The notes: a model not told the origin generated them from the sequence alone. Counted from the stretch's first letter, positions 26,775 through 34,534 are shown. The stretch is DNA of 34,534 bases from Elusimicrobiota bacterium (GCA_041694815.1 JBGFSC010000001.1:1-34534), one strand, 5' to 3'. Program-made: numbers and translations.

Positions 26775-28016
26775 CTACCGACGCGCTTTCCCCAACGCGC
26801 ACCCTCGGAGCAGCGCCGTCACCGGCCCCAGGAGGTTCTCGGCCATCAACCGGTAGCCCATGCGGTTGGGATGGCTGTTGAACCGCTCGGGCTCGTCGCC
26901 GGAAAAGTAGGCCCACGGATTTTTCAGCCGCCTGAAGCCCGATTCGTGGTCGACGATCGCGATGCCGCCGCGCCCCGAGAGCTTCCGGAACACTCGCTCG
27001 AGCTTCCGATTGGTGTAATGCCCCGGCGAGGGATAGTTCTGGAGCAACACCGGCACTCCGGCACGGCGGCAAACCTCCAACACGCGGCTCAAATTATAAA
27101 AGATCAGCGGTTCCATCCATTGCTCGGGCCTGAAGCCTTCCCGTTCGGCCTCGTAGTCCCCGATGATCAGGCGCGCGACCGCATGGGCAGGATCCAAGTT
27201 GAGGGCGCGGCGAAGGGCCCGTTGGGCGCCGGCTCGGTCCCGTGTCAGGTGCAGCATGTAGCCCAACCGGAAATGAGCCTCCGGGTTGCCCGGCTCGGCC
27301 TCGGCTGCGAGGCGATAGGCCTCCAAGGCCTCGGGGAAACGCTTCGCCTGATGCCGCAGCACCCCGAGCGCAAGCCAGCGGTCAAATCGCCCGGGATCCG
27401 AAGCGCGCTCGACCTCCAGCCGCCTTAAAGCCTCTTGAGCCTCGGCGCCGCTCAAGCCGGCGTACGCCTGCCAGCCCTCGCCGTAGGCGCTCGGATCGGC
27501 CCTCCTCCAGGACAGCCACGCCGAGCGCGACACCTTATATAACCTGCATTCCCTAAGTCCGTACGCTACGGCGAGCTTCGTCCTCCTCCACGGCGAAAGC
27601 GCTGGAAGCAGCACTCGCCAGTAATCGCTCTCGTTTAGGTTGGCGTCGTTCCAGCCTGTCATCAGGATGAGGAGATGCGGTCGGTGCAGCCGCAAGGATT
27701 CCTCGAGGCCCTTGTACAGCCGCGAAGAATTGATGCCGGGTACGCCCGCGTTGATGACGCGGGCCTTCACGCTCCGCGCGTCCAACAGGGCCTGAAGTTG
27801 CTCGGGATAGCCGAATCCCTTGGGCGCTCCGACGCCGAATGTGAAAGAATCGCCCAGGCACAGCACGCGGCGCCTATCGCCTTCATCCGGCGGGCGGACC
27901 AGCCGCCAGCGCGCGTAGGCGTACCCCCATGCGCGGAGCAGCAGCTCGGTGGAAAGGAGGCCCACGATGATGCCTAACGTCAGGAAACCGGTCTTCCGAG
28001 CCAAACCGGCCCTCAT
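26775..28016 (-). CDS. Membrane-anchored SGNH/GDSL-fold protein with inserted TPRs
   Basis: TM anchor, LCLGDSFTFG, NAGVPGINS, MTGWND, TPRs, FNSHPNRMGY. ATG 28016 overlaps the upstream stop. Confidence 0.92.
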   Translation of the reverse strand: MRAGLARKTGFLTLGIIVGLLSTELLLRAWGYAYARWRLVRPPDEGDRRRVLCLGDSFTFGVGAPKGFGYPEQLQALLDARSVKARVINAGVPGINSSRLYKGLEESLRLHRPHLLILMTGWNDANLNESDYWRVLLPALSPWRRTKLAVAYGLRECRLYKVSRSAWLSWRRADPSAYGEGWQAYAGLSGAEAQEALRRLEVERASDPGRFDRWLALGVLRHQAKRFPEALEAYRLAAEAEPGNPEAHFRLGYMLHLTRDRAGAQRALRRALNLDPAHAVARLIIGDYEAEREGFRPEQWMEPLIFYNLSRVLEVCRRAGVPVLLQNYPSPGHYTNRKLERVFRKLSGRGGIAIVDHESGFRRLKNPWAYFSGDEPERFNSHPNRMGYRLMAENLLGPVTALLRGCALGKARR

Positions 28017-29212
28017 TTCAAAGCCTCCAGGACGGCCTTGGCCGCGTTTTGGGCGATTAACCGGTTGCCTCGCTCCGTGCAGTGACCCCAATTTCCCCCG
28101 AATCGATCGATAAAATAATCGTCGTAGCTGCCGCCGTTGAGCGCCTTGCGAAACGAGTCCTTATTATCGATGAAGATGACGTCCGGAAGGCCCTCCAGCA
28201 TGCGCCGAAGCTCCGCGGCATCGCGGAGCGGATACTGCATCGCAAAAAAAAGCGCGCCCCCAGCCTGCGCCATCCGGACGATTTTACGATAGTTCACCGT
28301 GGTCGGGCCGCCGGCGATATCCAGCAAGGATCTTTTCTCCACGACAGGCTTCCCGTGGGCAGCCCTGCTGCGCGACGCGGCCAGCGCCTCCAGTCCGTGC
28401 CGGAAGTTTTCGTTCTCTGGATGGAGACGGATGGCTCTTCGATAAGCCGCCTCCGCCGCGTCGAAACGACCCTGAGTCTCATAGAGCTCTGCGAGCTTGG
28501 CGTACAGAGCCGTGTTTCCCAATTGCGTCGCCTTGAGCAGCACGGCCTCGGCTTGCGCCCACCGCCCCTCGAGCCGGTAAAGGTAGGCTAGGTCCGAGGC
28601 CCACTCTATTGCGGATGGATCCTCGGCCAGGGCGCGCTCATACATGATGCGCGCCTCCTCCTTCATCCCACGCCCCAAATAACGCGCGCCAAGCTCGGCA
28701 AAATGAGACGGCATTTTGTCCGCCAACGGGCGAGGCCGGAAAAATGCCGCCGCGAGGGCTTGGCGAGCCGATCGCGCGAGCTTAAACACCCGCCATGACC
28801 GCAGTCGAGCGCTTAGTGGCGCCCGCGCTTGGATTCCATGCCAGCCATGGTCATTGACGCCGATCATCGCAATCACGATATGCGGCCTGCATGCATAAAT
28901 ATCTTGTGGAAAACGATTCGCGAGAATCTCGGTGTTCGAGGCAATACCGCCGCGGTTGATCACTCGATACCTCCGCGAGCCGCGCCGCTGCAAGATCCGC
29001 TGAAGTTGCGCCGGCCAAGAGTGATCGTAGTACGGCGTCGGAGCCGTCGTCGACTCGCCCAGACAGAGAATGCGGATCACGTCTTTCTCCGTAGAGCTCG
29101 TCCCAGGCACCGGTGGCCGCGCGGACAGCCAAAGGCCGGCGGAGCGCATTCCCGATTCAACGAGCAGAAGCCCTATGGCTATCCCGAATATGATTAAAAA
29201 TGCCCTCTTCAT
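28013..29212 (-). CDS. Membrane-anchored SGNH/GDSL-fold protein with inserted TPRs
   Basis: MKRAFLIIFG anchor, ILCLGESTTAP, NRGGIASNT, MIGVND, TPRs, WGHCTERGNRLIA. Paralog of 8874-10160. Confidence 0.9.
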   Translation of the reverse strand: MKRAFLIIFGIAIGLLLVESGMRSAGLWLSARPPVPGTSSTEKDVIRILCLGESTTAPTPYYDHSWPAQLQRILQRRGSRRYRVINRGGIASNTEILANRFPQDIYACRPHIVIAMIGVNDHGWHGIQARAPLSARLRSWRVFKLARSARQALAAAFFRPRPLADKMPSHFAELGARYLGRGMKEEARIMYERALAEDPSAIEWASDLAYLYRLEGRWAQAEAVLLKATQLGNTALYAKLAELYETQGRFDAAEAAYRRAIRLHPENENFRHGLEALAASRSRAAHGKPVVEKRSLLDIAGGPTTVNYRKIVRMAQAGGALFFAMQYPLRDAAELRRMLEGLPDVIFIDNKDSFRKALNGGSYDDYFIDRFGGNWGHCTERGNRLIAQNAAKAVLEALK

Positions 29213-29290
29213 GCACTTTAGAAAACGCCTCTGTCGCTTCAACGGACAGACATTGCTTGACCTGTCTAATGCAGAGTCCGACGAAGTAGA

Positions 29291-30193
29291 TTACGCTGCT
29301 CCGCGACGGCGCCCATAAAGATCCCACTGGTACAGGAACTCCCTACAACTGCAGCGCTCGAAACTGCACGGTTCTGGACGATCGCCGAGACGGAAACCCG
29401 GTTCGAGCAGATTACCCATTGGCTCGGCCTCAGCGGCGGCGGAACAACGGAACACGTCGCCGTTGGCTTTGACGGTCACGTACACATGGCCGGCCCCGCA
29501 GAGTCTGCCTTTTGGCGAAGGCCGGCTCAAACGCTGCCGCTTCTCGTCCTTGGTAATAAACGCGCCGATCAACTCTCGCTCCTGAGGCGTGTACGCCTCG
29601 GGATAGATTCTGCCGGCCCAAGGACCCTGGAAAACCTGCACCACCATCGCGTGGCCCCGCGCCTCGAACATGGATTTCCACGCCTTCAGCCGCGGCAGGA
29701 AGGGAGGCCACGCGACGATCGTAGCCCACGATACCCTTGCGCGGGACTCGATCAAACTCAGCCTCTCGAGGAAGGCCTCTGGCTCCGCGAATTGAGGATG
29801 AAAGCTAGCCGAAATCCGCAAACGGTCTAGGGGGACCGATTGGAGCAGGACGGTGAGGCGCTCAATCGATAAGGAAAGGTTCGTCGCAAGCAGCACATAA
29901 TGTTTTTTAAGCAGCCCGCTCAATAATTTATCGAAGTCTGGATAATTCGTCGGTTCGCCCCCGAGCAAATCTATACGCGCGGTCCCATGCGAATCGAATA
30001 TACGATCCCACGCATTGATCCATTCCTCCGCTGACAACAACTTGTGCTCTAATGCCAGTTTATCCCATAATTGCCGGGATTCCCACCAGCGATATGAACA
30101 CCGGTAGTTACAGGCGTACCATAAGTCCCAACAAAATGTCAGTCCATCCCATTCTTCCGCCAACCACCAACGCTTTGTTAGCTCGATCCCCAT
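29291..30193 (-). CDS. Radical SAM/twitch-domain protein with degenerate cluster motif (CxxxCxxR)
   Basis: CNYRCSYR, LGGEPT, ATNLS, ASFHPQF, and C-terminal CGAG...GDVFRC...CSFERCSC. Confidence 0.88.
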   Translation of the reverse strand: MGIELTKRWWLAEEWDGLTFCWDLWYACNYRCSYRWWESRQLWDKLALEHKLLSAEEWINAWDRIFDSHGTARIDLLGGEPTNYPDFDKLLSGLLKKHYVLLATNLSLSIERLTVLLQSVPLDRLRISASFHPQFAEPEAFLERLSLIESRARVSWATIVAWPPFLPRLKAWKSMFEARGHAMVVQVFQGPWAGRIYPEAYTPQERELIGAFITKDEKRQRLSRPSPKGRLCGAGHVYVTVKANGDVFRCSAAAEAEPMGNLLEPGFRLGDRPEPCSFERCSCREFLYQWDLYGRRRGAA

Positions 30194-30238
30194 CTTTTTA
30201 TAGACTCCTGATCTCGCAACAGGTCCGTAAAATAGGGA

Positions 30239-31114
30239 CTAACCTTCCCGCCGATTTTCGAGGAGCCACCGACTCTCACAAAGGCAATGCCCGGAAGGGC
30301 AGGGCAGCGGTTGATCATAGAGCGCGAAGTTATCACGGATGTTACCGATCCTCGTCTCAAGGCCCATCGCCATATTACAACGATAAATATCCCCGCTTTG
30401 GCTGATATGGCAGTACAGTTGGCCGGCCGTACAAGGCTTTCCCTTGGGGCTCTGATTCCCGATTGCGACGTCAAGCATATTTCGATAATCGTCCACGCTG
30501 TTGTGACCCCTCCCCGGCCGGTTGGCGTTATAAATGGTTTCTCTCTCTTCATGAGAATAGCCGTGCGGATATTCATGGAGCTGATAAACTCCATGAAAAG
30601 GCTGAACGTATACGCTTAGACCACTGGCCCTGATCTCGTTGCACCACGACTCTAATGAGGGAATGTGCGGCGGATAAGCCACGATAACGATATAGAGATT
30701 GTACCCAATAGAGGCCATCCAGCGGACTTTCTCGATAAAGGGCGCCAGCTCGATCTGAGAAGGATGGAAACTCGCTTGAATTTCGACGCGCTGCAGGTCC
30801 ACTGAACGAGCCATGTTTTGCCACCAAGCCGAGGGCATGGAAATATTTGATGGAAATTTAAGGGTATGCCAGCTGGTTAGCCCATGTGCCAACTCAATGA
30901 AACGCGGATATATCGTGGGTTCTCCTCCGCTGAGGATGATATGGCTGGGACCGTATCGTTCATAAACAAATTTCCAAAACGAAAGAGGTGCATCTAACGG
31001 AGGGTATACGTTATGTTTATTTAAATCCTCCCATCGACCGTCAAAAAAACAATAAGCGCATCTATAGTTGCAGGCGATATGCAAGGTCCAGTCGAACTCG
31101 ATTGAATGACGCAT
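30239..31114 (-). CDS. Radical SAM/twitch-domain protein
   Basis: CNYRCAYC, SGGEPT, SNIS, ASFHPSQ, CTAG...GDIYRC...CPSGHCLC. Start ATG 31114 or 31156. Confidence 0.92.
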   Translation of the reverse strand: MRHSIEFDWTLHIACNYRCAYCFFDGRWEDLNKHNVYPPLDAPLSFWKFVYERYGPSHIILSGGEPTIYPRFIELAHGLTSWHTLKFPSNISMPSAWWQNMARSVDLQRVEIQASFHPSQIELAPFIEKVRWMASIGYNLYIVIVAYPPHIPSLESWCNEIRASGLSVYVQPFHGVYQLHEYPHGYSHEERETIYNANRPGRGHNSVDDYRNMLDVAIGNQSPKGKPCTAGQLYCHISQSGDIYRCNMAMGLETRIGNIRDNFALYDQPLPCPSGHCLCESRWLLENRREG

Positions 31115-31174
31115 GATTGCGTAAATAATAAAATATTCACGGTTCACTAGTCTCATGCAGAGAGTTATTCTTTC

Positions 31175-31960
31175 ATGCGAAAACTAAAAGTCCTCTCCCA
31201 GCACGAAGTCAATCAGTTCGAAGAAAAAGGATACGTTATGCTGCGAGGTGTTTTCTCCTCGCAGTTGGCGGCGCATGTCCGCGCAGAGATCTGGCGTGAG
31301 ATGAGGCTTTCCCCCGACGATCCTGCGGGTTGGACACAGGCGATGATCCACGTCAAAAAATACTTCACCGGACATCCCTACGACCAGGCCTTTCCTCCTC
31401 GCTTTCACCATGCACTCGACGAACTGATGGGCGAGGGGCGCTGGTGGAAAACCGAAGACCGGCTGGGCATGTGGTTTATCGCATTTCCGGGACATGACCC
31501 TCCTCAATGGGTCGAGCCCAACCAGGGATGGCACATAGAGGGCAGCTTCCACCACTTCGTCGATTCGCCGATGCAGGGCATTCTGCCGATTTTCCTTTTC
31601 TCGGATATCGGTCCCAAGGATGGCGGGACTCTCCTCTCACTGGGTTCGCATAAAATCGCCGCCCGAGTCCTCGCGGAGGCCGGTGAAACCGGACTCGAGG
31701 AAGCCGAACTTAACCGCCGCGTTACGGCGCTCCATCAGTTGGAAAACGTCATAGAGGTTACCGGGAAGGCCGGTGATGTCGCCCTGATCCATCCATTTAT
31801 GCTTCATACGCGCGGCGTCAATAGGGGCAATTCGGTGCGATTCATCTGCAACCCGTACTACACCCTAAAGGAACCGATGAACTTGAATCGTTCCGCTGTA
31901 TCCGAATATTCACCGGTCGAGCTCGCCATCGTTGAAGCCCTCGCTGAACGCGCCAGATGA
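31175..31960 (+). CDS. Phytanoyl-CoA dioxygenase (PhyH)-family Fe(II)/2-oxoglutarate dioxygenase
   Basis: FEEKGYVMLRGVF, GWHIEG, FSDIGPKDGGT...GSH, GKAGDVALIHPFMLH, RFICN. Confidence 0.9.
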   Translation: MRKLKVLSQHEVNQFEEKGYVMLRGVFSSQLAAHVRAEIWREMRLSPDDPAGWTQAMIHVKKYFTGHPYDQAFPPRFHHALDELMGEGRWWKTEDRLGMWFIAFPGHDPPQWVEPNQGWHIEGSFHHFVDSPMQGILPIFLFSDIGPKDGGTLLSLGSHKIAARVLAEAGETGLEEAELNRRVTALHQLENVIEVTGKAGDVALIHPFMLHTRGVNRGNSVRFICNPYYTLKEPMNLNRSAVSEYSPVELAIVEALAERAR

Positions 31961-31984
31961 CGCGCTGGCCGAGCAAGGCATGCA

Positions 31985-32265
31985 TCAAACGTTTTCCGCG
32001 CCCGCGCTCCTCCTCCAACACCTCAACGACTCGAGCAGCCTTTTGAAAGTGGTCCCCTTGCGGATAAGGTCGCAGGTGGCGGGCGCGGCGCTATCGATCG
32101 GCAAGGTCAAGGAGGTATGCGTCTTGAGGAGTCGCCGGTAATGATACTATGGCGGATCTGGGAAAATTCGGCGACTGCTTGAAAAAGCGGCTTAAGATAA
32201 TCCGCGACGAACACTTCACACCCCTGCCACTGTAAATCCCTCAGGTACGACCACAGGCCTCGCGC
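31985..32265 (-). pseudogene. Decayed radical SAM gene fragment (absent from the ORF track)
   Basis: Manual translation gives LWSYLRDLQWQGCEVFVADYLKPLFQAVAEFSQIRHSIITG, then a frameshift to RRLLKTHTSLTLPIDSAAPATCDLIRKGTTFKRLLESLR...stop. These match the GGE, TNG and SID-A-Y--IR core motifs in order. Confidence 0.72.
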
Positions 32266-32326
32266 TTATATAATGCAATGTTTTCTGCAAAAATCTGATC
32301 GTTCATCGCATATTAATCTTAGCTCA

Positions 32327-32355
32327 TTGCCACGACAATGGAATTCTGTTAAGAT
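32327..32355 (+). promoter_or_regulatory. Near-consensus sigma70-type promoter, predicted leaderless transcript
   Basis: TTGCCA (32327-32332)-17 nt-TAAGAT (32350-32355) with an extended -10 TG. ATG at 32362 sits at the expected start site. Confidence 0.65.
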
Positions 32356-32361
32356 GTGCCC

Positions 32362-32602
32362 ATGACAGCGGCCCTCTTGAGTGCGGGGCTTTTTTCTTTG
32401 GCACTCGCCGGGTTGTCGCCTGAGACCCTTCAGACTCTAGAACAGCTTGCCAAGCGTTACCATCGCACGCACGGATAATCTTAAGGACTTAGCCGAAGTC
32501 TTCCGAAGGGTTGAGTCTTTTTCGGCAAAGAGCGCGGCCCGCTGGATACTTCTCTCCAAGGTGGCTAAATATAAGCGCGATTTTGCTCTACTTCAGCCAT
32601 AA
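32362..32602 (+). pseudogene. Small exported-protein ORF (38 aa, 32362-32478), probably frameshifted by a 4-bp duplication
   Basis: MTAALLSAGLFSLALAGLSPETLQTLEQLAKRYHRTHG*. Removing one GCAC from GCACGCAC (32465-32472) extends it through DNLKDLAEVFRRVESF...ALLQP* to 32602. Confidence 0.5.
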
Positions 32603-32665
32603 AACCTTTTGCGCCAAATGCAAAGAAGCATTGGGGAAGGATTTAGACTACGCTTTCGTCTGTCA

Positions 32666-34441
32666 ATGATAGGCGCGCTCCTGTTGGGCTGGTTGTGGTC
32701 GCCGGCTATCGTAGTGGGAGCCGATCTATGCGGTTCCACCGAAGCCCCCCATATCGTCTTGATTCTTTTGGATGCGGCGCGGGCCGATCATTTTTCCTCA
32801 TGGGGTTATTCAAGGCCGACGACGCCTCAGATCGACAAAATCGCCAAGCGCGGCGCCAAATTCTTAAGGTATTTTTCTAACGCGTCGGGAACATGGGAAG
32901 CGGTCCCGCGCCTATTGTCTTCCCGTTATTTTTCTCGACGGGTCTTTCATATCAATCAAGAATTCGGCGTTCCCGAAGCACGCCCGGAGGACCTGCTTGA
33001 TAATTTTGACCCCGAACAGAAGCTCCTCCCTGAAATCCTATCACGCTGCGGTTATCGGACCGCGCTTTTCACTCAGCATCTAGGCATGCTGCCGCCCAAT
33101 GAGCTGACTCGATGGATAGATTTCGTACGGGTCGCTCAACGCCATGGCCCATCTGACCAGTCGTTTATTCAGGAGGCGGCCAGATGGTTTCTTCAAGCGA
33201 CTCAAGGCGGTCCGAGCTTTCTTTACGTGCATTTGATGCTGCCGCATGAACCTTATGAGCGCTATCCATGTGAATTGAACGGAAGCCTGAGTTATACAAT
33301 CGGACCAGCGACTTTGGCGCGCGTATTCGATAAGCTCGAAGCAGACCAACCAAAAACCAAATCAGCCGATGGCTGGACCTCCGACGAACTTAAGGCACTC
33401 ACTGCGCTATATGATGACAATCTTCTTTGCGGAGACAAACTCGTTGGGGAGCTAGAAGCATCGATCAGACGCGGCGGCCGCGCAGACAAAACCATCATGG
33501 TAGTAACGTCCGATCATGGAGAAAACCTAGGACAGCACGGGAACCTTGGCCACGGGGGTCCACCGTACGCATCGATTACCCATGTACCACTCATCCTAGT
33601 GTATCCGCCTAAGGTACCCACCGGTGTCGCTGTTCATGGCCTAAGCGAAGGGGTCGACATGGTGCCGACGCTATTAGATCTCGCCGGTATACGCCCCCAC
33701 AGCGTAAGTTTCGATGGAATCAGCCTCAGGCCGTTCCTTAAAGATCCAAACGCAAGCAAAGATGCTGTATTGACGCAATTCAACCTGCGCAATTCTTCGT
33801 ATAGTTTTTTTATGGAGGGCAGGGAGCTCTTTGATTTGCGGGTTGATCCCAACGAAACAACCACTATAGCGGACCAACTCCCTGTGCTTGAAAATCTACA
33901 CCGACTGTACACCACTCGTATCCGTCCGCATGAGGATCGATTTACTCGAAGCAAAAGCACCACACCACTTGCAATCCAAATACCGATACTGGCGAAAGAT
34001 GTGCGCAACCCCGGAATGTTGCATTATGAGAATTCGACCTCGTCAATGGCGAAAAGATCATCGCAGCCCTGGGTCCTTCGTCCAGATATGGTCGCGTCAA
34101 CGGCGAATGGTCTTCGCCGATGCGCAGAGATCGGTGCGGAAGCACCGCTGGGAATAAGCATCGATCAGATCCCCAACGGGCGTTACCAAGTCGCTTTATT
34201 TGCCCAGGCTTGGCAAGGCCCGCTTCCGAATTGGCGGGCGATGCGGCTGCAGTTTCGCTTCGATCAGAATGGACCGTTTCAAGGAATTCAAGGCGTTGAA
34301 ACTGTCTATCGCTTTGGCAAAGCGATTCCGATGAAGGATGCGCAGTACCTAAAATTAGGCGAGACGACGATTAGGGATTGGAAGATCAATTTTGAGTTAA
34401 AGGACAGTCAAGGTCACTCCTGTCCGGTTAAAATAGCGTAG
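32666..34441 (+). CDS. Exported sulfatase-like (alkaline phosphatase superfamily) hydrolase/transferase with extra C-terminal domain
   Basis: Signal MIGALLLGWLWSPAIVVGA, LILLDAARADH, GYSRPTTPQID, YVHLMLPHEPY, TSDHGE, HVPLI, DMVPTLLDL, ELFDL..DPNE. No C/SxPxR motif. Start could be as early as 32609. Confidence 0.9.
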   Translation: MIGALLLGWLWSPAIVVGADLCGSTEAPHIVLILLDAARADHFSSWGYSRPTTPQIDKIAKRGAKFLRYFSNASGTWEAVPRLLSSRYFSRRVFHINQEFGVPEARPEDLLDNFDPEQKLLPEILSRCGYRTALFTQHLGMLPPNELTRWIDFVRVAQRHGPSDQSFIQEAARWFLQATQGGPSFLYVHLMLPHEPYERYPCELNGSLSYTIGPATLARVFDKLEADQPKTKSADGWTSDELKALTALYDDNLLCGDKLVGELEASIRRGGRADKTIMVVTSDHGENLGQHGNLGHGGPPYASITHVPLILVYPPKVPTGVAVHGLSEGVDMVPTLLDLAGIRPHSVSFDGISLRPFLKDPNASKDAVLTQFNLRNSSYSFFMEGRELFDLRVDPNETTTIADQLPVLENLHRLYTTRIRPHEDRFTRSKSTTPLAIQIPILAKDVRNPGMLHYENSTSSMAKRSSQPWVLRPDMVASTANGLRRCAEIGAEAPLGISIDQIPNGRYQVALFAQAWQGPLPNWRAMRLQFRFDQNGPFQGIQGVETVYRFGKAIPMKDAQYLKLGETTIRDWKINFELKDSQGHSCPVKIA

Positions 34442-34534
34442 GCGCCCTTCGTCATTGGTAGAATGTTTCTGCGAGGAAGCAATCTACCGACGGAGGACGC
34501 CTATGCCTCATTATAACACAGTCCTGCATCAACT

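Noticed and set aside
11285..28251. A7-A8 runs at 11285-11291, 11411-11418 and 28244-28251 as phase-variation tracts
   Set aside because: They are short, leave the frames intact and are explained by Phe/Leu codons in hydrophobic segments.
148..31114. RiPP cluster reading (SPASM and B12 radical SAMs, AsnB as lasso cyclase)
   Set aside because: No precursor peptide, PqqD/RRE domain, peptidase or exporter was found, and AsnB retains the N-terminal Cys glutaminase domain. A precursor outside the window cannot be excluded.
31932..32141. 69-aa plus-strand ORF from the track
   Set aside because: It has no motifs and is the antisense shadow of the radical SAM remnant.
115..34157. Many long alternative-frame and antisense ORFs (e.g. 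8182-9117, 11955-12995, 20219-21721, 20944-21873, 25809-26759)
   Set aside because: They overlap well-supported genes, are Arg/Pro/Gly/Ala-rich and show no motifs, which is typical of shadow ORFs in high-GC DNA.
34439..34516. Possible premature or read-through TAG, since the frame stays open for 24 more codons
   Set aside because: An open stretch of that length is expected by chance and cannot be judged without homologues.
1..34534. CRISPR array, tRNA/rRNA, IS element or cobalamin riboswitch
   Set aside because: No regularly spaced repeats, RNA-gene signatures or transposase were seen, and the spacers upstream of the B12 enzyme genes are too short for a riboswitch.

Overview
A densely packed, mostly high-GC bacterial locus that looks dedicated to cell-envelope or glycoconjugate tailoring. 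It encodes six radical SAM proteins (three cobalamin-binding, one SPASM, two tandem twitch-type, one of which has Arg in place of the third cluster Cys) plus an unannotated decayed seventh copy. It also encodes three GT-C (ArnT/PMT-like) membrane glycosyltransferases, one GT2, five membrane-anchored SGNH proteins with TPRs inserted in the hydrolase fold, four exported TPR proteins, an AsnB-type amidotransferase, a class I methyltransferase, a membrane spermidine-synthase-like SAM-fold protein, a PhyH-type dioxygenase and an exported sulfatase-fold enzyme lacking the formylglycine motif. Each GT-C gene is coupled by a 4-bp overlap to an upstream SAM-dependent enzyme. The right ~5.5 kb is lower in GC and carries the signs of decay. 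I saw no rRNA, tRNA, CRISPR array, transposase, regulator or transporter. The content is reminiscent of loci in Elusimicrobiota and similar poorly cultured lineages, but that is inference. All calls come from reading motifs by eye; no database search was run.
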